Positions 1 through 10,300 of a stretch of DNA of 64,000 bases are shown one piece after another (the first letter of the stretch is position 1; every line of letters starts with the position of its first letter). The notes below the pieces were generated by a model. It was not told the origin of the DNA. It saw only the letters and a list, made by a program, of their open reading frames with translations, and made no database searches. The DNA lies in contig CAUUCP010000003.1 of NCBI GenBank assembly GCA_963543925.1, positions 13,763-77,762 of the forward strand, written 5' to 3'. The position numbers were made by a program, and so were the translations under genes. The stretch comes from an uncultured Bacteroidia bacterium. Lineage in GTDB: Bacteria > Bacteroidota > Bacteroidia > Bacteroidales > CAJPTX01.

Positions 1-921
1 GAAAATACCTCCCACACCGATGATTGGTACTCCTGCGCCAGCTGCCTCCCGTACGCTTCGCACAGCGCGCAGCGCAGCCTCATGTAGCGGGCGTCCACTG
101 AGCCCTCCACGCCCGATTTCCTCAATTCGTGCCGCGGGGGTATTCAATCCGCTTCTTTGTGTAGTGGTATTACTTACTACGAATCCGTCAATCCCGCGTT
201 CCAATGCCGTAGTCACAGTATATTGGAGTTGTTCTGGCGTAGAGTCAGGACCTAACTTCAAAAGAATCGGCTTCCTTTGGTGATATTGCGCTCTTGCATT
301 GACCAATGCATCAATGATGGGCGTAAGGGTTTCTTCTCCTTGCAGCGCACACAAGTCCTTGACATTAGGACAACTCACATTCACCACAAAGAGATCGACA
401 TAAGGGTAGAGCTCCTGTAAGCCCGCTTCGTAGTCTAGATAGGCTTTTTCGTTGGAGGTCGTAGAATTTTTACCAATATTCCCCACCACGGGGATCATAC
501 GCTTCTGTGCGAGTTTCTTACGCTGCATGGCACGTGCCACATGCCTGACCCCCTTGCTATTAAACCCCATACGATTGATAATCGCCTTGTCTACAGGCAG
601 TCGAAAAAGACGAGGTTTGGGATTACCAGCCTGCGGCTCTGGGGTCACGGTACCCACTTCAGTAAAAGCAAAACCGAGCGCAGCGAGACGATCACAGAGC
701 ATAGCATTTTTATCAAACCCCGCAGCCATCCCCACGCGTCCTCTAAAAGTAAGCCCTAGGAAATTACATGGGCAGTCATCCTTCTTTGTGTAAAAGATGC
801 TCTTAACCCAAGCACGGATCGGTTTCCACGCAAGCCATACGTAGAGCATCTTCAACGAGAACTCGTGGATACGTTCCGGATCGCACCGAAACAAGAAGGG
901 ACGTAGTAACTCTCTATACAT
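1..921 (-). CDS. pyrD: Dihydroorotate dehydrogenase (quinone), class 2; 3' end lies beyond the left edge of the window
   Basis: Not in the ORF track because there is no stop in the window. My translation from the ATG at 921-919 gives MYRELLRPFLFRCDPERIHEFSLKML...GMAAGFDKN...FTEVGTVTPEPQAGNPKPRLFRL...INRMGFNS...VVGNIGKN...VVNVSCPN...VVSNTT...GGLSGRP. These are class-2 DHODH signatures. The ATG overlaps the upstream TAA by 1 nt (TAATG). Confidence 0.9.
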   Translation of the reverse strand, partial: MYRELLRPFLFRCDPERIHEFSLKMLYVWLAWKPIRAWVKSIFYTKKDDCPCNFLGLTFRGRVGMAAGFDKNAMLCDRLAALGFAFTEVGTVTPEPQAGNPKPRLFRLPVDKAIINRMGFNSKGVRHVARAMQRKKLAQKRMIPVVGNIGKNSTTSNEKAYLDYEAGLQELYPYVDLFVVNVSCPNVKDLCALQGEETLTPIIDALVNARAQYHQRKPILLKLGPDSTPEQLQYTVTTALERGIDGFVVSNTTTQRSGLNTPAARIEEIGRGGLSGRPLHEAALRAVRSVREAAGAGVPIIGVGGIF

Positions 922-1934
922 TAGGACATAGAATCCTGTTCCGTATTACGATCGAGCGTTTCGGCGATATTGTAACGATTGGCTCGGTACGGTGTAGCAC
1001 GCACAATCAGTTCACCAATAAAGCCTGCCAAAAAGAGCTGTGCACCCAACAAGACCATAGCCAATGCTATGTAAAAGAGAGGTTTGTCGACGATTTGTCG
1101 GTACCCCGAGTGATGTACGATGGCCAGAATTTTTTGCACAATCAGTACAATCACTATCGCCCCTCCCCCTAAGAAGGTGAGCGTTCCGAGGATACCAAAT
1201 AGGTGCATGGGGCGTTTCCCAAATCGAGCAATGAAGGATAGGGTCAGGAGGTCTAGTGCGCCATTGACAAAACGAGAGTAACCGAACTTCGTTGTTCCAT
1301 ACTTACGTTCGTAGTGGGTAACGACCTTTTCACCAATATGTCGAAACCCCGCATTGTATGCCAAGGCTGGTATATAGCGATGCATGTCTCCGTAGAGCTC
1401 AATACTCTTGACCACAGGCAGTCGATACGCCTTAATCCCACAATTGAAGTCATGGAGCTTGACTCCCGTCACACGGCGCGCCGTGGCGTTGAAGAACTTG
1501 CTAGGTATGTTTTTGGAAAGTACAGGGTCGTGACGTTTTTTCTTCCATCCGGAGACGAGATCATATCCCTCGTCGACAATCATTTTCCAGAGTTCTGGGA
1601 GCTCATCTGGCGAATCTTGCAAGTCGGCATCCATAGTAAATACGACTTTTCCACGCGCTTGAAAGAAGCCTACGGAGAGCGCTGCTGACTTTCCATAATT
1701 TCGTTGAAAACGGAAGGCTCTCACATGCAGATGTGGTGGTTCTTGTGTTCGGATGACAGCCCAAGAGTCATCCTTACTCCCATCGTCTATCAAAATCAGT
1801 TCAGCCCCCCATCGCTGCTCTGCGACCACCCGATCTATCCATGCGATAAGCTCGGGCAAGGACTCCGCCTCATTATAGAGTGGCACAATGATGGTGACAT
1901 CTAGCGCGCCACCATTGAGGATATTTTTTTCCAT
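921..1934 (-). CDS. Family 2 glycosyltransferase, polyprenyl-phosphate sugar transferase-like (DPM1/ArnC type) with C-terminal TM helices
   Basis: The 337 aa ORF has the N-terminal motifs VTIIVPLYNEAESL, LIDDGSKDDS and DADLQD, typical of GT2. Two hydrophobic helices sit at the C-terminus. Confidence 0.85.
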   Translation of the reverse strand: MEKNILNGGALDVTIIVPLYNEAESLPELIAWIDRVVAEQRWGAELILIDDGSKDDSWAVIRTQEPPHLHVRAFRFQRNYGKSAALSVGFFQARGKVVFTMDADLQDSPDELPELWKMIVDEGYDLVSGWKKKRHDPVLSKNIPSKFFNATARRVTGVKLHDFNCGIKAYRLPVVKSIELYGDMHRYIPALAYNAGFRHIGEKVVTHYERKYGTTKFGYSRFVNGALDLLTLSFIARFGKRPMHLFGILGTLTFLGGGAIVIVLIVQKILAIVHHSGYRQIVDKPLFYIALAMVLLGAQLFLAGFIGELIVRATPYRANRYNIAETLDRNTEQDSMS

Positions 1935-1939
1935 AGGGG

Positions 1940-2482
1940 TTATTTCACCTTCTTCTGTACAAATGCGGCCATGATAAGGGATGCAATGAGCGAAGTCAGG
2001 AATGTGCCCCCCATCGATGTGAAAAGCAAGACCCCCTTGGAATACAAGAACTTCGTATATTTCATACTCTGTTCTATGACGTCTTCGTTCATCCCCATTT
2101 GGTTATAGGTGTCAATGACCTTTTGCTGCAATTCTTGGGGATAAGACGGTTTGAAGATATAAAGGATCAAGAGAAAGGGTACGGCTACAATAATCGTAGC
2201 AAAGAGCCCTTGGAAAGCTCCGAACTTAAACGTTTGACCATAAGATAATGGGGCGTCGGGGAGTGTATCTCGATAGGTCTTTGCACCGAGATAGAGGAGA
2301 TAAGTGGTAAGTCCGAACTCCAGAAAAGAGAAGAATCCCCCCATGGGGGCAACAATCTTCTGGAAATAGATCTGCAAGACCAAGGTAAAGCTCAGAAAGA
2401 GTCCTAGATAGAGCCCCCAACGACTGGCGAACGGGGTCATGGATGGTCGCTGCTTTGTGCTATCTAACTGATTGTAGTCCAT
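1940..2482 (-). CDS. DUF4199-like small integral membrane protein
   Basis: The 180 aa ORF has about 4 TM segments. Its size, topology and position immediately upstream of a GT2 gene match the DUF4199 arrangement common in Bacteroidota. This is family recall only. Confidence 0.55.
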   Translation of the reverse strand: MDYNQLDSTKQRPSMTPFASRWGLYLGLFLSFTLVLQIYFQKIVAPMGGFFSFLEFGLTTYLLYLGAKTYRDTLPDAPLSYGQTFKFGAFQGLFATIIVAVPFLLILYIFKPSYPQELQQKVIDTYNQMGMNEDVIEQSMKYTKFLYSKGVLLFTSMGGTFLTSLIASLIMAAFVQKKVK

Positions 2483-2503
2483 ACCGTGCTCAATTTACTT
2501 ACA

Positions 2504-2511
2504 CAAAGGTA
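2504..2511 (-). promoter_or_regulatory. Candidate Bacteroidota sigma-A -7 element (TAnnTTTG)
   Basis: The minus strand reads TACCTTTG about 22 nt upstream of the ATG at 2482. Confidence 0.4.
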
Positions 2512-2583
2512 ACCATTTTGACTGGTTTTCATGCCGCATATTTCAAACAGCACGAGTGGTGCTAACCTCTCTGTTCCATAATT

Positions 2584-2621
2584 AACGGGGAGTACTACCC
2601 CATAAGGCAATACTCCCCGTT
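2584..2621 (-). terminator. Terminator-like hairpin downstream of the SusD-like gene
   Basis: An 11-bp perfect stem (aacggggagta / tactccccgtt) with a 16-nt loop lies about 20 nt after the stop at 2644. There is no strong U tract. Confidence 0.45.
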
Positions 2622-2643
2622 CTGAATAGTCTACTGGAGGGGG

Positions 2644-4137
2644 CTACCACCCAGGATTTTGCTCGAGGGACGGATTACAGATGATATCATGATGTGGGAT
2701 CGGCCATACGAACTTGGGGTCTGTATTCAGACGATTGAGCTCGATGTAGGATTCCCTGGGTGAAACATTCAAAAACATCTCATCTTGTGGAGTATGGCGT
2801 CGACAAGACATTCCCCAACGACGCAAGTCAAACAAACGCACACCTTCGAAAGCAAACTCTCTCGTCCGCTCGTTAGCGATTTCTTCCATGAGTGGGGCTC
2901 CAGTCACGGTAGCCTCAAGTGGTGTAAGACCGCGTGCAGCACGGAGGGTATTGACCTTATCTCGCGCCCCATTGTTATCCCCCGAACGATAAAGCGCCTC
3001 CGCCCAGATGAGGTAGATCTCAGGCAAACGGAATGGTTTTGGTAGGTGACGATAATACTGTGCACTGCCTCCCTTATCGAAAATCGGATTGCCGGGATAC
3101 TTACTTATCGCCCATGCCTTCTGCGGATAGGTCGTATTGTTGATGTCCAAAATCTCCTCGTAGGTAAAATAGACACCTTTTCTCCAATCGGAAGCATCGT
3201 AGAGGTCAACCACCCACTGCGATGGTAACCAATCAGGCTTTAGCTTATTACCATTTTCCTTCATGCGCTTACATAGAGAAATCATGGACTGTGTTAATTC
3301 GAGCGGATAGCTTCCCGGCAAAAGCATCAAGTTTTCGTTCGAGGGACGATCCTCGTGCCAATATTTTTCCAAGGCTACGGCACTTGTCATAAAACTATAG
3401 CCGCTATTGGCAATTTCATAGCATGCCTCTTGTGCTTCTTCCCATTCCCCCATGGTGAGCGCCACACGTGCTTTCAATGCCAATACGATATCTCTTGTGA
3501 CCTCCGAGGAATTGGGACGTCCCGTTTTTTTACGCAAAAGCTTCTCTGCCATATTTAGATCTTGCACGATGTGTTCGAAGATCTCCTTCTGTGTAGCTCG
3601 CACGGGCTTGTCTTTAAGATCTAGCTGTCCCACCCACGGTACACACGGTTCTTCGGGATGATAAGTACGTGACCACCGCAGCGCAAGTTCATGATAGCAA
3701 TACGCACGGAAGAAATGCGCAGCCCCCTGAACTATCTTCACCGTATCGGCGACCCCGGGACGTTCTGGGTTATAAGACGCAACTTTATCTAGGAAGAAGT
3801 TGACATTGCGAATGGTGGCATAGTACGAGAGGTAGACGGTACCGACGGATTGGTTAGAGGAGTTGAACTCATCCCAATTGTGTGTATGCTGGTTTGTTTG
3901 CGTCTTGGTCGCATTGAGCATATCGGCTTGGTAATCTTGGAGTAGCGAAAAATTTCCGTACTGTACCGTTCGGAAATAAGAATAGAAACCATAATACCAT
4001 GCCATGAGGTCGTCCTTATTTTGAAGAGACTGCCCACGCACAATGGCTTGAGGTGGCACAAGCTCCTTCGTACATGAAAAGAAGGAGAGGGCGACCCACA
4101 GGAGTAGGATAGGGAGCGCTATATATCGTTTCATCAT
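2644..4137 (-). CDS. SusD/RagB-family nutrient-binding outer-membrane lipoprotein
   Basis: The 497 aa ORF has a lipoprotein signal (LSFFSC). It is TPR-like, rich in aromatic residues, and ends in a typical SusD C-terminus (NP..EQNPGW). It sits directly downstream of a SusC-like gene. Confidence 0.85.
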   Translation of the reverse strand: MMKRYIALPILLLWVALSFFSCTKELVPPQAIVRGQSLQNKDDLMAWYYGFYSYFRTVQYGNFSLLQDYQADMLNATKTQTNQHTHNWDEFNSSNQSVGTVYLSYYATIRNVNFFLDKVASYNPERPGVADTVKIVQGAAHFFRAYCYHELALRWSRTYHPEEPCVPWVGQLDLKDKPVRATQKEIFEHIVQDLNMAEKLLRKKTGRPNSSEVTRDIVLALKARVALTMGEWEEAQEACYEIANSGYSFMTSAVALEKYWHEDRPSNENLMLLPGSYPLELTQSMISLCKRMKENGNKLKPDWLPSQWVVDLYDASDWRKGVYFTYEEILDINNTTYPQKAWAISKYPGNPIFDKGGSAQYYRHLPKPFRLPEIYLIWAEALYRSGDNNGARDKVNTLRAARGLTPLEATVTGAPLMEEIANERTREFAFEGVRLFDLRRWGMSCRRHTPQDEMFLNVSPRESYIELNRLNTDPKFVWPIPHHDIICNPSLEQNPGW

Positions 4138-4152
4138 TCAATCCTTTCAATA

Positions 4153-7131
4153 TTAGAACTTCAACTCTATCCCCGTAGCGATTTGTCGCGTACTCGGGTT
4201 AGCACCCAAGGAGAGATTGAGCGGGAGCTCTGGATCAGGTCCTGTGAAGTTTGTTATGGTGAGGAGGTTGCGCACAGAGAAATAGATCTTTGCAGACGTA
4301 AAGAACTTGGTTCGAGCTACATAGTCCTTCGGCACAATATACCCGACCGTGAGGTTCTTCCAACGCAGGAAAGAAGCATCCTCTAGGAAACGATCATCAT
4401 AGTAGGTCCAACTTCCCGTCCCCGGATAATCTGCTTGATCCCCAGGTTGCTGCCACTGCTTTTTTTTCAACACCTCTTTGGAGAGGTTGGGGAAATTCCG
4501 TCCTACGGGATTTTCTAGGAACTGACGGTCGTTATTGTACATGGACTTTCCCCATTCAAAATTAAAATCGCACTGTACGTAGAATCCCCAGAGATCGGCA
4601 TTGAAACCGAATCCCCCCTTCACAGGTGCATTCCATACCTTCCCCGTGAGCTGACTGAGAGAGCTTTTGTGCTCGGTGGTTACCTTGTTGGGATCGGTTT
4701 GTGTTGCACTGAAATTCTTTTCATTTGGGAGATACCACTCGGTCTTCCCATTATCGGGATTGATACGATAGAAACGCGGCAAGCTAAATTCGACGGGATG
4801 CCCCTTTGCATACGCGACCCCTGTATTGGGTATCACCCAATAATCACGCCCTCCGAAGAGCTCTTCGATTCGTTGACGGTTATAGTTAAATGTGAGGTAG
4901 GGCGTGAGATTATTCCCCTTTGCGTCGTGCCATGCGGTGACGTCTAGCCGTAAATCGACCCCAGTGTTGGAAAGCGTCCCGACGTTGGAAAACTGTTCTT
5001 GAAAACCCGTCGTATAGGGTACAGGTACGCTGAGGAACATACTACTGGTAACCCGTCGATAGACCGAGATATCCCCGCGCAAGATATCCCACAGCCCAAA
5101 GGCTACGCCCCCCGTGATCTTCAACTGCTTTTCCCATGTGAGTTCAGGATTCCCGGGTGTCTCTATCGTAAAGGTGGGATGCCCGTCGTAGGATGTAAAG
5201 CTCTTGACAAGGGAGCTGTGCATGTAATTTTCCTTCCAGTCTAAATCTGGGAAAGAGGAGTTTCCACTCGTCCCGACGCTAAACTTGACATCAAGACGAT
5301 CGAGCCATCGGAGACCTTGTAGAAAGCTCTCGTGTTTTGCCTTCCACATCCCTCCCAAGGACCAGAAGATAGCATTTCGTCGATCCTTACCAAAGCGCGA
5401 TGAGGCATCATCACGCAGACTCGCATCGACGAAATATCGGCTATCGTAGTCATACTCGACACGTCCAAAGAAAGAGTTATACCAGTTTTCGTACCAGCTT
5501 GAACTCGCCTTAAAATTTTTAGCATTGTCCAGAAGCTGGAGTCGATCATCGGTCATGCCCGAGCCAGAGACATAGAGCATTTTTGTATATCCATAAATAT
5601 ACTCATGCCCAAGGAGTGGAGTGATATGATGTTTTTCCTTGAATTGGAGGCGGTACTCGGCTGTTGTGGTAAGGGTAGAGAGTGTTTGTCCGCGCTCCGT
5701 TTCACTTCCACGTCCAGCTCCATCTCCCACAAAGCTCGGTAAAGTACGCCGATAAAAGTGGTTCGCATTGGCCTCTACCCCGGCCTGCGTTTTGACGGTC
5801 AATCCTCGTAGGGGTTCGACAGAGATATAGCCCGCCGTGGTAAGGCTGGGACTATTGTACCAACTAATTTTCACCTTGTCGGTATATGCACGCGAGTACA
5901 TATTGGTACCTGGGATCACCTTCCCTTCGATCTCCTTGTGGTTCTGATCATACGGGGTGAGATAGGGACGAATGGCACTCACAAGCCCGACATCCGAGCT
6001 CCGTCCATCTTGGTTTGTTCTTGTCTCGGCATAGTTGATCCCGGTATTGATCCCGACCTTCAACCAAGAATTGATTTTAGAATTGAGGTTGATACGGAGG
6101 TTATAACGGTTGTAGGATGATCCCTGACGTAGCCCCTCGGAATAGTAATACCCCCCGGAGATGTAATAGGAAGTATTCTGACTTCCTCCTTGAAAAGCGA
6201 CGTCGGCGGAGTGTGTGGGTGTGAAATCGCTGTACACATACTTCCACCACTCGAAGGTATTGTTTCCGAACTGATTTTGAGCTCTGTCTATCTGAGCCAA
6301 ATCGGATGCCTCCTTGAGTATAGAACGATAGAACTGGTAGTACTCTGGGGTAGAGAGGTGGTCTTCGTAAAATCGCTTGGATGCTAACATACTCACCCCA
6401 TAAGAAGCTCGCATGGAAACAGTCCCCTTCTCTGCCTTTCTTCCTTGCTTAGTCGTAATATACACGACCCCGTTTGCAGCACGCGAACCATAAATAGAGG
6501 TTGCAGAGGCATCGGTAAGGACATCGACCCTTTCGAAGTCATTCTGGTTCAATCCATCAATACTATTTACAGGTATACCATCCACCACAAAAAGCGGATC
6601 CGTATTTCCCTGCAAAGAGCCCGCCCCGTGTAGTGTTAAAGAGGCGCGTGCGGAGGGTTCACCTCCGTTCGTTAACACGGAGAGTCCAGGGATTTGCCCC
6701 GCGAGAGCATCCATGGCATTCGCAGTAGGCTTTTCCTGCAATTTTTTCTGGTCAACGCTCGCCAACTTTCCGACGGTTGAGCTTACCTTACGTCCCGTTC
6801 CATAGCCAACGACGACCACTTGGTCGATCTGTTCGTTGGCAGGTTCCATGACCACGTTGAGGATCGTTTTATCCCCGACCACAATTTCCTGCGTTTCATA
6901 CCCCGTATAGGAGAATATGAGCACAGTCGCAGCATTAGGGACAGTGATATTATAACGCCCTTGGGCATCGGTAATGACCCCTCTTGACTCGCCTTTTATC
7001 TGAATCGCGAGCTGTGGTAATGGCAGCCCGTCATCGGATGCCGTGACAACCCCCGTCACCGCGACGCTCTGTGCATAGAGCGAAAGCACACAAAGGGTAA
7101 CCACTAGTGTTGTGAGAACCTTTTTTACCAT
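4153..7131 (-). CDS. SusC/RagA-family TonB-dependent outer-membrane transporter
   Basis: The 992 aa ORF has a signal peptide and an N-terminal carboxypeptidase-regulatory-like domain (VTGVVTASDDGLPLPQLAIQIKG). A plug region follows (VVVGYGT..K....TGS). The C-terminal beta-barrel ends in ...GIELKF. Confidence 0.9.
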   Translation of the reverse strand: MVKKVLTTLVVTLCVLSLYAQSVAVTGVVTASDDGLPLPQLAIQIKGESRGVITDAQGRYNITVPNAATVLIFSYTGYETQEIVVGDKTILNVVMEPANEQIDQVVVVGYGTGRKVSSTVGKLASVDQKKLQEKPTANAMDALAGQIPGLSVLTNGGEPSARASLTLHGAGSLQGNTDPLFVVDGIPVNSIDGLNQNDFERVDVLTDASATSIYGSRAANGVVYITTKQGRKAEKGTVSMRASYGVSMLASKRFYEDHLSTPEYYQFYRSILKEASDLAQIDRAQNQFGNNTFEWWKYVYSDFTPTHSADVAFQGGSQNTSYYISGGYYYSEGLRQGSSYNRYNLRINLNSKINSWLKVGINTGINYAETRTNQDGRSSDVGLVSAIRPYLTPYDQNHKEIEGKVIPGTNMYSRAYTDKVKISWYNSPSLTTAGYISVEPLRGLTVKTQAGVEANANHFYRRTLPSFVGDGAGRGSETERGQTLSTLTTTAEYRLQFKEKHHITPLLGHEYIYGYTKMLYVSGSGMTDDRLQLLDNAKNFKASSSWYENWYNSFFGRVEYDYDSRYFVDASLRDDASSRFGKDRRNAIFWSLGGMWKAKHESFLQGLRWLDRLDVKFSVGTSGNSSFPDLDWKENYMHSSLVKSFTSYDGHPTFTIETPGNPELTWEKQLKITGGVAFGLWDILRGDISVYRRVTSSMFLSVPVPYTTGFQEQFSNVGTLSNTGVDLRLDVTAWHDAKGNNLTPYLTFNYNRQRIEELFGGRDYWVIPNTGVAYAKGHPVEFSLPRFYRINPDNGKTEWYLPNEKNFSATQTDPNKVTTEHKSSLSQLTGKVWNAPVKGGFGFNADLWGFYVQCDFNFEWGKSMYNNDRQFLENPVGRNFPNLSKEVLKKKQWQQPGDQADYPGTGSWTYYDDRFLEDASFLRWKNLTVGYIVPKDYVARTKFFTSAKIYFSVRNLLTITNFTGPDPELPLNLSLGANPSTRQIATGIELKF

Positions 7132-7335
7132 GTAGTCTGTTTATTATCTTCTAGTTAGAACGCCATTGGCGCACCTATTACACTGCATCCGTAGGATGTC
7201 TTTCATAAATCAGCAATGTGGTGAGGTATAGAGAGGTTACTCCCCCTCGCCAAGGAAACGCCTTGTGTATTGGAACGTTGCTCCCCCCTCACACCACCAT
7301 TTTCGTCGTAACGAATCCTATCGAGAAATTGTTAC

Positions 7336-10300
7336 CTAATGTATCCTCAAACCGAAGACGATGATATCGTCGGTACGGCTATAACTCCCCTGCCAATCAA
7401 TGAGGGTTCGGTGTAGAATTTCCCGCTGTACATCCATATCCTTTGGAGCGATCTCTGCCAAGAGCTCCTTCAGGCGCTTGATCATGAACTTTCTGTTCTG
7501 TGGCCCTCCGAACTGATCTTCATATCCATCGGAGAATGTATAGAGGACATCGCCAGGCTGGAGTTCGACCTCATTACGTGTAAATGGGAGATCTCCCTTG
7601 AGATAGATCGCGATCGGCATCTTATCAGCCTTGTACTGCAAGATCTCTCCGTTACGGATAATAATGAGCGGGTTGTTAGCTCCGGAGAACTCGATAGTCT
7701 TGTTTTCCTCGTCAAGGATGTAGAGCGCCAGGTCCATCCCATCCTTGTTGGATCCGATCTGGTCAGTCTGTCTCAACTTCTTGATGACCTCTGCACGGAG
7801 ACGATTGAGGATTTCATCGGAATGGAGTTGAGGCAGTGAATTGACCACCTGATCGAGGAAGGTAGCTCCCAACATACTCATAAATCCGCCGGGGACACCG
7901 TGCCCAGTACAATCGGCTATGACACAGATTTTTCTTCCCCCGACCTCACGCATCCAATAGAAGTCACCGCTGACGACATCTCGCGGCAAGAAGAGTAGGA
8001 AGGAATCTGGGAAGAGGTCCTTGACCATTTCAGGTGTTGGGAGGACGGCACGTTGTATCTTACTTGCGTAATTGATACTATTGAGGATCTCCTTGTTTTG
8101 CTCTTCTATATGTTCTTTCTGCGCGACCACCTCGGCGGTACGTTCATCGACGAGCTGCTCAAGTCGTTTTTTTTCAGCCATCACGCGTCGCATATTCCAA
8201 CGGATGATAGCATAAACGAGGGCTATCAGGAGTAACACATAGACGATGTATGCCCAAACGGTGCGATAGAATGGTGGTCGGACTACGAAGCGGAAGGTTG
8301 CGATATTAGACTCTACCTGATAGAGATTTCTCGCGCGCACCTGAAACTCGTAGTCGCCTGGTGCGATATTCATGTAACGGATCTCAGCCTTATTTTCCCA
8401 CTTGGTCCAATCGTCGCCACTGTTACGCAGGCGGTAACTGTACTGTACCCCCTCTCCCTCGAAGAAGTCGACGCCCACCTCAAAGTTCAACGAATTTTCT
8501 TGATAGGGTAGACACAACTCTGGCGTTTGGTTCTGATCCTCCAAGATTTTGTATACCGAGTCTTGTATGGCAAAGTGGGTTCCACCGAAGAGTACGGTAT
8601 CGGCACGTATGGCATGTACCTTTCTCACGAAAACGCGGAAGGTCTTATCGTAGTCTCGCTTAATCGAAAAATCGTAATTAAAGAGCCGCGATGCATAGGC
8701 AAACCAGAGGCTATTATCGTCGTCCCAATAGATACGATCGCACCACTGTCGAGGGAATCGCGCAAAGGGTTTACCTTCTTCGGCACTAATTTGCCCATTG
8801 GCATCGATCAATCCCATGGAGATGTGGTATTCCTCAGACTCGGCATTGTAGCGTTGGAAGACGACCCGATTTCTCAATCCCGTGAGTCTAGAGAGATACT
8901 GTGGCTTGGCATCGGTATCGATACGCTCGAGGGTATCTTTATTCCAATCGTAGCGCATGAGTCCTTTTTCCGTCCCGAGGAAGACCTGCTTATTGAGAAG
9001 AAAAACCTCATTGTTTACCATAGAGGGTAGTCCACAGTGTTGGTCGATGTGTCGTAACTGAGGATTTTTGGTATCGGTCCCTCGCACCACATAGACGCCA
9101 TTGGTGAGGGTACCCGCCCAGAGGGTGTTATCAAAGTCAATGACCAAGGAGCGCACCTCGTCGTTAATCTCCTTTGGGAAGAAGGGGATCTTTTTCCAAC
9201 GCCCCGAATTTTCGAGGTAAAGGGAGACGATCCCCGTAGGAGTACCTACGTAAAGGGTTCGCGCGTCGGATCTGGTGTCGCTGAGTACAAACCCTCCGAA
9301 CTGTACATCTTTGTCTGATGTAGAGAAGATGGTCGCCTTGTCGTTCTTGATACTATAGAGGGAATACATCCCGAGGGCCACCAAAGAGCGTGCCCCTGTC
9401 TGCGGGTTGTAGTAGGGTAGCAAATCCCATACGGGCTGATTGATACCTGGCAAGGACTCAAATTTCCATATTCCGTCTCTCTGTACGAGCTTCTGTACGC
9501 CGGCCATGGTACCTACATAGAGCACTCCATCGAAACGCTGTACGTCGAGTACGGCACCATTAATCCCGTTGGTTTCGTCGAACTTTCTGACAGCAGATTG
9601 CTGTTCTAGCTTTGTAATCCCGTTGTTTTGTGTAAACCAGAGCGTGCCATCGGTCGTATGGAGGAAGTCCATCGCATAGGGGTCTGCGAGCCCCGTGGTA
9701 ACCCCGGCGACATATTCGACATTTCCAGAGCGCGCGAGCTCGATATAAGCCACGTCTTCGGAGAAGATAAAACCTATGCCGATATTCCCATTGGGACACG
9801 CTTTCAGGACATAGGGAATCGCCTCCTCTTCTTGCAAATCTCGCAGGGTCTTTCCTCCCCATCCGTGCGGCACCTCTTTCACCTCTCCCGTACGACGCAA
9901 GAGATAATAGAAACGGGAGGTGTTCATGGCCATGAGCACTGTATCTTCTGAGAGGGGCAACATCCCGTAGATCTGACGTTCCTTCACCTCTTTGGGATAG
10001 GACAGCGCGAGGGGTTCGAAACTCTTTCCCGTAAAACAAACAAGGGTGTCCGAGAAGCTAGAGATGCCGAGTTGTTCCCCCAGATTGAAGGAGAGAAAGA
10101 CGTGCATGGGTGGGATAGGATGTACGGAGAGGAGGGAGGTCTGCTCGTCGTAGGCAAAAATATAGTTCGCAGTACAGAAGTAGACCCTATTGCCGAGCAC
10201 ATATGTTTTGTAAACATCGCTAAAATTCTCGATATCCTCGGCGATGTTTTTTCGGAGCGAGACGTATTGCAAAACCCCTCGTGGGTCGGGACGCAGACAA